Part shown: positions 51,333 through 64,000 of the stretch, piece after piece
How positions within the stretch are numbered: the first letter of the stretch is position 1
How the letters are laid out: each line of letters opens with the position of its first letter
NCBI RefSeq assembly: GCF_006345805.1
Contig: NC_043000.1
Location: forward strand, 145,576,001-145,640,000
Reading direction: 5' to 3'
Origin: Octopus sinensis
Taxonomy: Eukaryota
DNA: 64,000 nucleotides
The notes under the pieces: generated by a model
Seen by the model: only the letters and a program-made list of their open reading frames with translations
Told to the model about the DNA's origin: nothing
The model's database searches: none
Translations under genes and position numbers: made by a program

Positions 51333-52312
51333 TCTTTATGTTTTTATATGAAATTATATATATAAATGTATATATCTGTGTGTAGTGTGTGTGTCTGTGT
51401 GTGTGTGTGTGTCTGTGTGTGCGTGTTGAGAAAATACTTAGAAAAGGTGGAAAACGAGTTTAATATATATATGAAGATATTTTATCTCAGATAAATCCAC
51501 GGTATCGTGCCTTCTAAAAGCGCATATATTTAGTAAAGGTACAAGCTCGTAGGGAATAGCTTTGAGAACTCTTCCATGTCTATTAGAGCAGAGAATTATT
51601 GAGAATGTTTCCACATGCCTACATGTGTTGGCGCACTCATTTCTCTTCCTTTCCTTTACAATTAAATTGCAGCCTGTCTGACCTGATCTCATTGCCAGTT
51701 TTGACAGACATGTACTACATTCCTATGGTCAGCTCATTCTTATGTACCGTGCTTGCAGCATATTAACAACAATTCTTATCTGTTTTCTTCTTTTATATTG
51801 CTGTGTCAGCATTTTGCACAGCTGACATAGTTGCCAATTCAATATTGACTGAGAATGTGCTCCAAATGACAGCTAGAAATGAATGTTCTTCTTAATGAAA
51901 TTACCGTACGCATTGCATACAATGCATAAAAATTATTTGTTCACTTCAGTAAGTAGAATTTGTGATGCCTGATTCTATTCCACATGGAATTATTCTTTTC
52001 CCTCAATAAGCTTGACAAAAAGTAAGACGTGTAAAAAAAAAAGACATTCAAACAAATTTACTTTAATTGATAAACCTGACATATTTTTCCAGTACAAATG
52101 CTAAATGTGAAAATAAGCCGTATATCGTACTGATATAGGTTATGATAATGTTAAATGAATTTATCGCTATGAGATACGTATGTATCTGCATCTCAATCAA
52201 TCTGTCTCTCTGTCTCTCTTTCTCTGTATCTGTGTCTGTGTCTGTCTCTCTCTTCCCCCACTCTCTCATTCTCTCTCTATATATAACTGCACCAACACAC
52301 GACGCATACATA

Positions 52313-52334
52313 TGTGTGTGTGTGTGTGTGTGTG

Positions 52335-52393
<59 letters not shown>
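52313..52393. repeat. (TG)n microsatellite
   Basis: Direct reading. Confidence 0.95.
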
Positions 52394-52398
<5 letters not shown>

Positions 52399-52646
52399 AC
52401 AAACACCTACACGCATGCATGCATGGCATAAGCTTATTAGAAGAGACAAAACAGAATAAGCCGTAGCTTGTGGAAATACGAACTGATTCAGACGATCATA
52501 TTTAAAAATTTTGTATTTTGTAATATATCTTGAGATCTTGTAGTAATACCTTCGTAGGTTTTATGCGTTTATATTTTCTTTCAATATTCTGATAATACAT
52601 TTCTCTGCCTCTCCCCTTCTCTCTCTTTCTCTATCTATCTTTCTAT

Positions 52647-52712
<66 letters not shown>

Positions 52713-53542
52713 AGCGTGTATGTGTGTGTGTATGTGTGTGTGTGTGTGGTGTGTGTGTGTGTGTGTGGTGTGTGTGTGTGTCTTTGTGATTTACTTTCTT
52801 TTTCAGTAAGAAATTCAGAAATCAAAGGATATTTTACTTGAAGATTTACTGTGAACCGATCCTGACGGCCACCAAGGCATTTCCTATTTTGCTCTTAACC
52901 TTGCCATTTACTAATATATATTAATGTACATTATTTGTTCATTAGTAACGTCGACATAAGATTCCGCATCCCAATTCATATTTTTCCTGCTTGTTATTAG
53001 CGTATAAGTTGACAACCAATGTCGTTCCAAATGATGGTCCTGAGAATAGGACTTGCTAAAAACATGAAATGACCTCTATAACTATGCAATGGATATTTCT
53101 GATGGTTTAAGCAGGTGAAGAATGTAGCAATGACTATGATGTACACTGGCTCTTCAATGCTGCAGAGATTCAAAATTGTCTTCAGCTCTATAATTTTTTT
53201 GGTCTCTGACTTTAGGGCTAGATAACACAGGTATTTCACGCCTTACAGATATAGACTTGAAGATTGACATTAATTATGAGACAGATGGCGTGGGACAATA
53301 TGAATGTTAAAGGGAAAATATTCAGTTTTATATATTGGACATGATTGTAGATGATTTGCAACTCCTATATTGTTGATCACTTATAATAATAATATATTAT
53401 ATCTTATCCTTCATTCTAACAGTGGTTGCGTGGATTTGTGTTGTAAAACAATAATACTGACTTGTCAATATTTAATACAGTAAAATTGCTATGAATTACT
53501 TACACATTTTTTCTTAATTATGCTATCATATTGCTGTTATAT

Positions 53543-53815
53543 TGGGAGACACTTGCTGCCGACCGCTCATCCTGGCGCAGCGCAATCACCACAAGAGCAA
53601 AGACAGCCGAGGAGAGACAGATTCAGTCAGCAAAACAGAGACGCCAGATGCGGAAAGCCAGAGCCACCTGCACCAATAGCACAGCCCCTACCCACTTCTG
53701 CCCCACCTGTGGGAGGGGCTTTCTTGCCCGGATTGGCCTCACCAGCCACCTCTGGTCTCATAGCAGCAATTCCACCAAATGATGTCAATGGTCATCTTCG
53801 AACCCGAGGGACGAA

Positions 53816-53900
<85 letters not shown>
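53543..53900 (+). mobile_element. RTE-clade LINE 3' end (C2H2-type C-terminus) with (ATT)n tail
   Basis: WETLAADRSSWRSAI..RRQMRK..CPTCGRGFLARIGLTSHLWSH. Short 3' UTR GGTCATCTTCGAACCCGAGGGACGAAC. Candidate TSD TTATATTGG at 53537-53545 and 53899-53907. Confidence 0.88.
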
Positions 53901-53904
<4 letters not shown>

Positions 53905-54298
53905 TGGAAATATATGGTAATATACCCGATCTATTTGAAACACATGTCAATAGCATAAACTTTTAATTCACTTTTTGAAATTACATTTTTTCTTAATTTC
54001 ATTACACATTTTAATATAGAGTACCCATTTAAGTGTCGGGTAATGATTCTAGTTTATTTCAGCTATTTATTCGGATGACGATTTTAACTTTATAATTAAT
54101 TCGTTGATTCTACTGACCATTGAAATAGTGTTGCGTACATATGTCGCATACATATGGTTGTAATGCATGTGTCTGGTGTACACTTATTAGACGGGTAGGC
54201 AATGATGGGTATATTGGGCTTCCTATATAAATATATGTATACTGAAGTCTCCTTTGATGGCATGCTTTGTGCCCCCCACTTAATAACAAGAACAAAAA

Positions 54299-54352
54299 CT
54301 ACAACAACAATAACGATAATAATAAACATAATAATAATGATGATGATGATGG

Positions 54353-54386
<34 letters not shown>

Positions 54387-54426
54387 AATAATAATGATAA
54401 TAATAATAATAATAATGATGATATTG

Positions 54427-54465
<39 letters not shown>

Positions 54466-54527
54466 TAATAATAATAATAATAATAATAATGATATTGATA
54501 ATAATAATAATGATAATAATAATAATA
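54299..54527. repeat. (AAT)n/(GAT)n microsatellite
   Basis: Direct reading. Confidence 0.95.
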
Positions 54528-56908
54528 AAAGACATTATTAAAAATCCTCGCATAATGGTAAAATGCAATTGTGTATTTTGTAAATGATGTATTCCTTTGT
54601 AATTTTCGAAATCGTGAGGTAAATTGATTACTTTCAACCTATAAATGTGAAACAACTTCGTAGTCTGAGACCTGCGCTATTATTCAAATGATCACTATAT
54701 AGAATACGTCGTTTAAACCTCTTTCATTTGTTCCATATTATACAGTTAACATTGTCATAATTCGAGACTTGTTGGAGACATTCTGTTTAATTTTGTTTTT
54801 GTATTTGTGTTATAATGTTAAATAAAACAGTTTTAAGTTTTCTAAATAAACTCACACCCGTTCTACTTTTCTACCGCAATAGCTGCTTCTTTATTAAGTC
54901 GTTCTGTTTGTGTACTTCATTTGAAAGTTCACTTTACTTTCTTAATGCTTAACTACGTTTTAGATTTCATGAATTGTGACGATTTGCCATGCATCGCAAC
55001 ATCTATAAGAAATTCTTCTTCATTATTGTAGCAGGAAGAGCTCTTTTCAGGTAAGTTGCTGCTATACTAATTTTGAAACAGTCTCTACTTACTTGCTGTA
55101 TTTGTCTTGCTTATTCTTTTGTTATCGGAAGTTTATTTTTCTATCTTCGTTGTCCCATAATGCTTTAATATTCATAATTTCAGATGATTCGCCCGCATCG
55201 CAACAGCCGTACGAAATTTCGAAGCTGCTTTAGTGTGCGGTCTAGTGCAGTATGTGTAGTCTACCCTGTGAAATGACCTGATCTGTGTTAGGGTTAATGT
55301 TAGGGTAAGGATCACTTTCAAATTACGGATTGAAAATTCTGAAGGCAAGGGTACGTTTTTTCATCCTGATATCTACACAACAAATGTTTTTCTTAATGGA
55401 CTTTTACGGGAAACCAAACCTTCATAGTATTTTGGAAGTGCTAAGTATAATTTTATTATTTTCTTGTTATTTTGGCGTTTTTATTTACTTCCTCGTACTC
55501 TAATACTCAAGATTCATAGTATAAAATCTTCAGCAATTCTGTAACTGTTGTTAGCCCAAATACTCCTTTTATAAAATAAGTTAACATATCCAAATACCCC
55601 AATGAACCATACATATCAAAAGGTATTTACACGTATATGTGTATGACTCTTTGTGTGAATATATGTATCTATTCGATTCAATTATTCTCTTATTTTTCCG
55701 AAATCTTTCATATTGTTATGCATCACTATCTATTATTTTCCACTTTAGTTTTAAGATATTTCTTTAATAATAATCTTTTTGTTATAATTGTATATAGAAA
55801 AACGTTTCAATGTAATGTCCATTTTGGAGAGAATATGAAGGACAATGTTTTGAATATACTCATAGTAAACTTTTCTTTTTTTCATTCTAATTCTAACTGA
55901 ATTTGTTATATAGGATATGGCTTCAAAATTCTTCAAATATTTTACCAAATTTCTATTAAGGGTTTGAAAGTAAATCAGTAAGATTAACTGTATTTTTACT
56001 TAAATATATTTGTCCTCTAAATACTTATTGCATATTAATTATAGTTTCCAACATCTAAGAATTATGGGCATGCTTTTGATAATGCCCATACATTTCTTCC
56101 ATTTATTTGTTCACGAGTGTTAAAATTCCACCTGCTTTATTTTCCAAAATCATTTACTTGAGACAATAAATATTAATCAATAGTACTAGTCTTAAGGCTA
56201 ATAATGCTATCGTTAAGAGCTTCGATGATGTCTTGCCTTCTTCAATCGTGGTTATTTTGAACATAAATTTTACATTATTTTGAAGTTAGAAATTATTCAG
56301 ACCTGATAATTTAGATTTTCTAAATGTGTCATCAATTATCATTTTAATGTGTTGATCTAAATCTGAACGAACTGATATATTTACAGTGGAAAACATTAAC
56401 GCGAGTTCTAGATGAAAATTGTTTCATTAAAGCAGTCGTATTGATAAATGTGTATACAGTTAAATTGACAGAACGTAACATAAACTACTTCAGTAGGTGC
56501 GGCAGACGATTGGATTTTAGATGAAACCTCGAATGCTAACGTTCAGAAATTATGTTTAGAAAAGCTATTTCATAAATATAAACATACTTTTATTCAGAAT
56601 TGAAATCTCTCTTATTTACGCAGAAATATAATAAATAAATATTATTACTTTAATTGTTGCAGAGCGGAAGGTGTTTATAAGCCATTTAAAAACAAACAAA
56701 ACATTTACTTCAACTTTTAAATTTAATTTGCCAAGATATTTTTGTCGCTTTGAGACCGCTACCTGTTTACTGACAAAATTCCGTGCTGCATCTGAGAAAG
56801 TATCTTTTTGATGTATGTATGTATGTATGTATGTATGTATGTATCTATGTGTACACGTGTGCATGCCTATACTCATGCATATATGTATGTATGTACTATG
56901 TACTTATG

Positions 56909-56940
<32 letters not shown>

Positions 56941-57862
56941 GGCATACACATGTGTAGACGTGTCTGTGTGTATGTATATGTGTATATGTGCATTTTATTC
57001 TTCTGGCCCTCTGCATCTACTTCTCTCTCCTCTCTCCTCACATGACCGGTGTTCGTCCAAGCCTGATCTTTCTTTCTTGCTTTGGCCGTCGTCCGTGCAA
57101 CATCTGTATTCCTCCCTGCACCTATGAAATCTTGAATCCCTGCCGTAAGGATTTATTTCCACACATGCCAGTTTAATTTAAATTGTCCTTAGTCGAAAGA
57201 AATCTGTTGTTATGTCTTCTTATTTGTATTTGTGTAACATTCTCCGTTTTTTCCGGCCTTGTTTCCGTATGTATTCGCTGCTTTCTTCCAAGGAATCTAA
57301 TGCTCTTAGCTTAGTTTTTCCTTGGGATGGCCAGATTGGAGCAATCTCGAGTATAACAAGCCGAAATTGCAAAGATAATCTGGACCTCGACTGAGGAAAG
57401 AAAACTCCGAATCACACGTCCCTGTTTTCTTCGTGTCGTGTTTCTGGATGTTTTGGTGTCAGTTTTTTCTATCACCTGTCTGGATCTTTTGCGTTCTTGT
57501 CCCATTTTGTATTATATATATATATATATATGGGGGGGGTGTATATATACACTCAGTGGAATTTGCTGGTAAATTCCACTGAGTGGCCACATAGACTCAT
57601 GCGCTAAAGACAAAAGTCCCAAATTTTACATATTCCCCTTCTACCAATGCAAAGACGGAATCACCACACAGGAGAGAATTAACAAGGAGAATCTTTTTAT
57701 TGAAAAATTCAAAACGCATCTTAATATATAAACTCCTCGTTGATCATACTTCTTTTTTCTACTTCATGTTTCATGGATGGACTAATACAAATATATATGG
57801 ATACCATACAGTCATCACTTCAACCTAAAACTTATATTCTTTATTTATCATTATTATTATAG

Positions 57863-57926
<64 letters not shown>

Positions 57927-58832
57927 CATTATATATGACATAACAATCTGAAATGTAATTATAAATTGGTTTATGTAAATTTATATAATTAGAAAACAAT
58001 ATAAATAAAGTGTTAAAATCTGAATGTTAAGTTAGCAAGCAATTATATAAAACAAGATAATGCAAATGAAGCTAAAATGATAATTTTATGATTTAAGGTT
58101 TATTAACACCCTTTATTACAAAAAATTGATAAACCCAAATTGAAGAGCTTAAAACCCACAGAGTTGTCTCCCCTTACTCACAGGAACTGGACAACTACTT
58201 CCTGTTTTGACATTCACTTAACAGACATCTTTAATTAAATTAAACAGCACATGGATTTAATCACATGGATTTACGGTTGAGGTTGGCTTTGTATTCTTGT
58301 ATAGAGACAGCTTCAGTGACTTGTCTCAGCATTGCATCAGTGGGATGTCTAACCTAAGTCTATCTAAGGAGCCATTGTAGAAGTCTATAGCATGACTGCT
58401 TTAATTGTTTTGATTATTTAAAGCATCGGTGATGAGTTTCCATAAAACACGTCATTCGGCATTTATATCGAACGTTATCAGCGAGGTAAGTTTCAATAGT
58501 CGAAAAGTATAAAATGTTATCATATTAGCAAAGATTAACGGTTTTTATGTCTAAATAGAAACTCAAATTGTTAATGCTAATAATTCAGATCGGAAAAAAG
58601 TTCAGAATAAGAATATAGTACAAACAACTTCTTTGTACAAGATGGAAACTTAGTATGAGACACATAATACTTTGCACATGTTGTTCATTTTGCTCTTACG
58701 CTTGAACTCAATACCTGCGATATACTCCTGCAGAATGATATCTATAGGTAAATGAAGTAAAATGAACCTGGTTTCTTCTTACATTTACTGAAAGAAAAAC
58801 AGTATTTATTCCACATCTTGTTGGAGTTTAGT

Positions 58833-60005
58833 TACGAGGGTGGGCCGAAAAGTAAATAAGCTTACCAAGAAGGGGTGATGCTAGAGCTGTGAAAACTTGT
58901 AGGTTTTTATTTCAACTCTTCTTAATAATAATTTCATTCTTTGATTCCAGGTAAACTGATATCTGTTTCTTCAAAGATTTCAAAATTAACAAATAGCTTC
59001 TCTTGAAAATATATGAATGTTGGCATCGTGATGTTATCAAGTACCTGCAGAAAAAGATTTCAGCCCCCAAAGACATTCAGGCTGAAATGGTTGCTACATT
59101 AGTGGATGGCGCTCCAGGTTTATCAACTGTGCAAAAGTAGGCCGCTGAACTTAAGAGGAGAAGGAATAGTCTTTAAGTTGACCTAGGATACGGAAGACCT
59201 GCAACTGCCACAACCGAAGAAAATATTGGGTGTTCACCACATGGTGATGGTCAATGCAATTAACATAACCCGTAAGAAGACTGAAAATATGCTACACAAT
59301 GAACTTAGCATGACGTAAGTTTCTCTTTTGTGGATGCCAAGTCTTCTAACAACTGATCTAAAGCGAACCTGGGAAAATATCGTATTATGACAGGTCAAGA
59401 TGTTTGTTTTTAACGTTTTATAGTTCAGGAAAATTGTGGGAATCACCACTTTGAGACGGGCCATGCAGTGGAAGATAGAGACAACCCATGCAGTAGAAGA
59501 GTCCCCTCCTCAACTCTTCCAAAGAAGGCCATGGCCGTTTCATCTGCACGGAAGTTGATGACTTCGGCTTTTTGGGATGCGAAGGGCATTGTGTTTATCG
59601 ACTCTCTTCAAAATAGCCGCATAATTAAGGGGAAGTGGGATGCCAATTTTCAGAGGCAATTAGAAAAGTCTATCAAGACGAAAAGTCCAGAAAAACTAAC
59701 GAAAGTTTGCTCTAGCATATTAGTCCTTGCTGCCAATGGCTGTTATAGTCACTGGTTTTGATCCGGTTTATCACCATCCCTTGTCTTCTGTTTTCGCCCC
59801 ATCTAACACATTGCAGGAAATCAGTGTCGCAACGATTATGACGTCATAGGCTCTCTTGATGATATTTTTGACTAACAATATTTAAGCAACATCACCAATG
59901 GTAGTCAACCCATGTAATGCAAGCAGTGTGTGGAACTCAAGGAGGACTGTTTTGAAAAACAAACCTCATTCGGTCAGCCTATGAACTTTTCAGGCAACCT
60001 TCGTA
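58833..60005 (+). mobile_element. Mariner (irritans/Himar-like) transposon, full-length but decayed
   Basis: TA-flanked imperfect TIRs TACGAGGGTGGGCCGAAAAGT / ACTTTTCAGGCAACCTTCGTA. Pieces HRDVIKYL, DPRIGRP, WMPSLLT and PKKAMAVSSARKLMTSAFWDAKGIVFID. Confidence 0.88.
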
Positions 60006-60826
60006 GCTAACTTTTTGTTTTCAAATCTTCTGTATTTTAGACGCAAATTGTCTCAAATCAATAATGTACTATTTCAATTTTAGTGGTAGACATTGTGAAA
60101 AGAAACAAAGTTATATGAGTGGAAAATGTAAACAGGTTATTTATAACAGACGCATTGTTTAAAAAAAATAAGAAATGCATTGTGTTAAAGGCTATTAAAT
60201 GGGTGAATTCTCTCAAGACGAGAACCGCAACAAAGATAATAATTGAAGCGAATTAAAGGAATTCCTTAATAATTTATTGATATTTACAACGAAAGTATTT
60301 ATTGCCATGATTTCAACAAATACTTTTAAAATATTAGACAATTTTCTAATGAGAAGATTTCAAATAATACTAGAGTACATAAATTAGTAATAGATATGAT
60401 GTATAAATATTTTGAACTAATTGCTATAGTCAATTGACAAAAGAGTAAGTGAATTTTGATATTTAGTATATTTGTCAATAACAACGTAAATTGGCAAATA
60501 TAATATTATTTGTATTTGTAAGTTTTAAAAAAATACTTTACACACAATAATCAGATATTGACAACCAGCATTTCTGTGTGTATGTGTGTGTGTGTTTGGC
60601 GCATAAGTGTGTGTGTAAGTGTGTATGTGTAGGTAGGTGTGTGTGTGTGTATAAATATGAATACAAGTACCCATACCTATATTCATATTCATACAAAACA
60701 CGAAGACAAACCTGCTTCATATTCACACATATACACACAACACCCACACATATGTATATGTGTATATGTGTGAATATCAAAATATGTATGCGTACACATA
60801 TATAATTATGTTTGTATATATAAGTA

Positions 60827-60860
<34 letters not shown>

Positions 60861-63290
60861 AATACATATATACACTATACACACACAGAATTATATATGT
60901 GTACGCATACATATATTGATATTCACACATATACACATATACATATGTGTGGGTGTTATATATATATAAGTATATGTATAGATTTGTGTGTACGTGTACA
61001 ACTATGTGGGTGTATTTATGAAAATATCAGAATGGATTGGTGATGCATAAAATAAGTAATGTATTTCATATGAAAAACATTTGCTTAAATATACTCTGAC
61101 CTTAGGCTATTGGTTATTATTAAACTAATCCGGAGTTTGAATCTCAGAGTAATGATTCATGGAACTTTTAACACAATGCATGCCTGCGTTCAGGTACACA
61201 CCCAGACAAATTCACGCACAAACATTCACAAAAACGCACGCACAACCACAAATGTATAAAGTATTAATATTAGTTTTAAAATTGAAGTTAAATATTTCCA
61301 CAGAGTAATATGCAAACAACGATATCTACGGTTATTAAATCATGAAGTATAGAGATATGAAAATTCCAAAAACTTAACATTCACTAAAATCCACAACTGC
61401 CTGGGTTTTCAAATAAATAAATGAATATATAAATAAGAAATAAATGAACACATGCATGCACGCATACATGCACATATAGAGCCTTGTATCTTTGTGGAAA
61501 CTGGCTCCCTCGTCAGTGGAAGAATTATAATAATTAGAAAATAGAAGATACATACATACTTGCATACATATATGCATACCTACATACAAATTTGTTCGTC
61601 ATAGCCAGTTGACAAGAGAAGGCAATTTTCACTTTCTGGCCAAAGATGGAAACAGTGTGAATTTTAATTTCGATGAATAGGTCACGCAAGAAATTTTTCA
61701 TATGCGCTATAACCCAAAAAATCTGAGTAGCCCAGGCAATGAAGAATTATATAGTTGAGATTTCCGTTTTGCTTTCAGGAAAGCCAGCAACTCATTTAGC
61801 CTTACCAAAGTTCCTTTGATGTAGATCTGTACGGCTGAATATAATACATCTTATTTATAGACATAATACTTACAATTTTGCTTTACTGAAATTTTTTACT
61901 GTAATCACACAAAATAATAGCGTGCCGCATTATTTGGTTGGAGTCTAAATGGTAATATTTACGTAATGTTCTGCTTTTAACTGAAGTTTCCTGAGAACAA
62001 ATATCCTGTGAGTGACCGTACTGCAGATTATCTGCATATGTGTTTACTTGTATCAAACAGGTTTGTCTTCATGTATGTCACAAATACTTTCTCATATTTC
62101 TCTATCTTTTCACAGTATTTTCATCAGTATCATCATTGCCATCTTCAACATCATCATAACCGCGCTCGTCGTCGTTTTTGTTGTCATCAACCCCAGAACC
62201 ATCTAACAAATATAATATTTGTATCGGGAACAAAGATCGATACCAGTCTTAAAATTATTAACAGCTCACACTACATTCATCCCCATCGAGCTGTTGAGTA
62301 TAGCTTTGGAAGTATTCACGCTATGTCTTCTTTCTTACGTGTTATTATTTGAATATTATCACATTGTGTTGCTGTACTATGTACTTTTTTCACAAACAAT
62401 TCGATATTCTGTATATATCTGAATAGTTTGTAGCAAAATAAGATCTTTAATTTTGTATTGACAGACTGCTTACCATGCTGGCAAAAATGCCATCTTTTTA
62501 AATGGCAACTTCAGCCCCACACTGACAAATAAACATTTAAACCCCTACACTCGTCTTTTCATTTTTCACATCTAAAACCTTATTGTTTTTAGGCTTTCTT
62601 CTCAGCACTAAATTACACGTCTGTCGAACTTTCCTTTTCCAAATTATCTAGCTTAGCATCGTAAGAACAGTTGCATTGTTTAAGATGAAAAGTATGGATT
62701 AAGTTTCCTACTGCACATTATCAGGGATCTAAATCAATTATAATTTTCGAAATATGCTATATTAGATATGTACGATATGCGCTTTTTATCTCGTGCCAGG
62801 TCAGCTCTGATTGAATAGTTGTTTTACCAATTATGTTGCCAACATCACTACCTTATATTCCTTTGGATAAGTATATCTGAAACTATATCAGTCAATGTTT
62901 AATATAATATGATAAAGAAGAAAAAAGTTGTCGCTGTTAATCTAGTAACGCCTACTAACAGATATAATTTTTACATCCAGTCTCCTAAATTTACATATAC
63001 GCAAATAGGACGTTCTTATGATCAAACATTAATGGCAATTTTATTTGCATAGACTCGTTCAACCTCTCTCCTTCCATCTCACATGCTATGATAAGTATCT
63101 TCATCATCTGGAAATTTAATTCAATAAATGGTTTCTTAAGCATAATATTAGTTGCTGCATTTTTTTTTGCATCTTCTAGAAATAAATTTCTATAAACTAT
63201 TGCTGCCGATGCCACTATTGCTTAACGAAATATCTAACAATGAATAATAAAGCGTAGAGGGAAAACTTATTTGATTAAGTATATATTTTA

Positions 63291-63680
63291 TCTTTTACTT
63301 GTTTCAGTCATCACGCTGGAGCACCACTTTGAAGAATTTCTAGTCGAATGAATCAGCCCCAGTACTTATTTTTTAAAGCCTGGTACATATTCTAACGATC
63401 TCTTCTACTGAACCACTAGTCTACTGTAACACAAACACACCAGCACCGGTTGTCAAGCGGTGGTGGTCGGGGCCAATCACACCCATGAAGACATGCGCAC
63501 ACATAAATATATGATTACACATATACGACAGACTTCTTTCAGTTTTCGTCTAGCAAATCCACTCACAAGGCTTTGGTTGGCCCGAGGCTACAGTGGAAGA
63601 CTCATGCCGAAGATGCCTCGCAGTAAGACTGAACCTGGAACCATGTAGCTGGGAAGCAACCTTTTTACTACATTGCCAAG
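63291..63680 (-). mobile_element. SINE family B, older copy
   Basis: CTTTTACTTGTTTCAGTCA..AAATCCACTCACAAGGCTTTGGTTGGCCCGAGGCTA..GACTGAACCTGGAACCATG. Confidence 0.85.
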
Positions 63681-64000
63681 TCATTTTGTATTTAAATTGG
63701 AATTATTTTGTGATAGCAAATTGAGCAACGCTATAACTTCAGTTTCAAAGTACTTCGACTTCAGGGTTTATAGACTAATTACCTTGGGCATTTCCAATCT
63801 TCCAATTTAAAGCAATAGCTTGGGACGTTTACCAAAAGCTGCCCAGTGCATTTTATTTCTAGATCCCTTTCATCAACAATTTTTGTATGGTTATTCTCTA
63901 GTATTGCATAGCTATTTATTCAAACTAAAAACTGGATAAAACTGAACTGTCGTAAAAGCTGTAGCCTCCTAATTAAATTAGATTGAAAATGCAAATTATT

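Overview
AT-rich, microsatellite-dense animal genomic DNA. The SINE and LINE families look like those of Octopus/cephalopods (inference from recalled repeat families, not searched). I can support no host protein-coding exon. Almost all short ORFs in the track are translations of simple repeats, and the window reads as intergenic or intronic DNA made of retroelements and DNA transposons. Main contents: (1) A young, 5'-truncated Penelope-like retroelement on the minus strand (RT plus C-terminal GIY-YIG, open frame 8816-~10922). It is bracketed by an apparently perfect 331-bp inverted pLTR, and each copy carries a hammerhead ribozyme core with an unusually long 85-nt stem II. (2) Several R4/Dong-like RLE LINE copies sitting in (TAA)n tracts, including a tandem stack at 29.2-33.3 kb. 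(3) Decayed Tx1/L1-like LINEs, one interrupted by a hAT MITE with an 8-bp TSD. (4) An RTE 3' end, and an RTE-like 5' leader with a tandem, covarying RNA-structure motif fused to a Dong 3' end. (5) Four mariner/maT remnants, Helitron-like ends and about 14 tRNA-derived SINE copies. The most notable pattern is a set of small, mostly (TA)n-associated, non-coding elements with degenerate minimal hammerhead cores and inverted architecture (about 11.5, 46.4-47.2, 48.1, 49.5-50.1, 57.4 and 61.5 kb). These suggest several families of Penelope-mobilised ribozyme elements.
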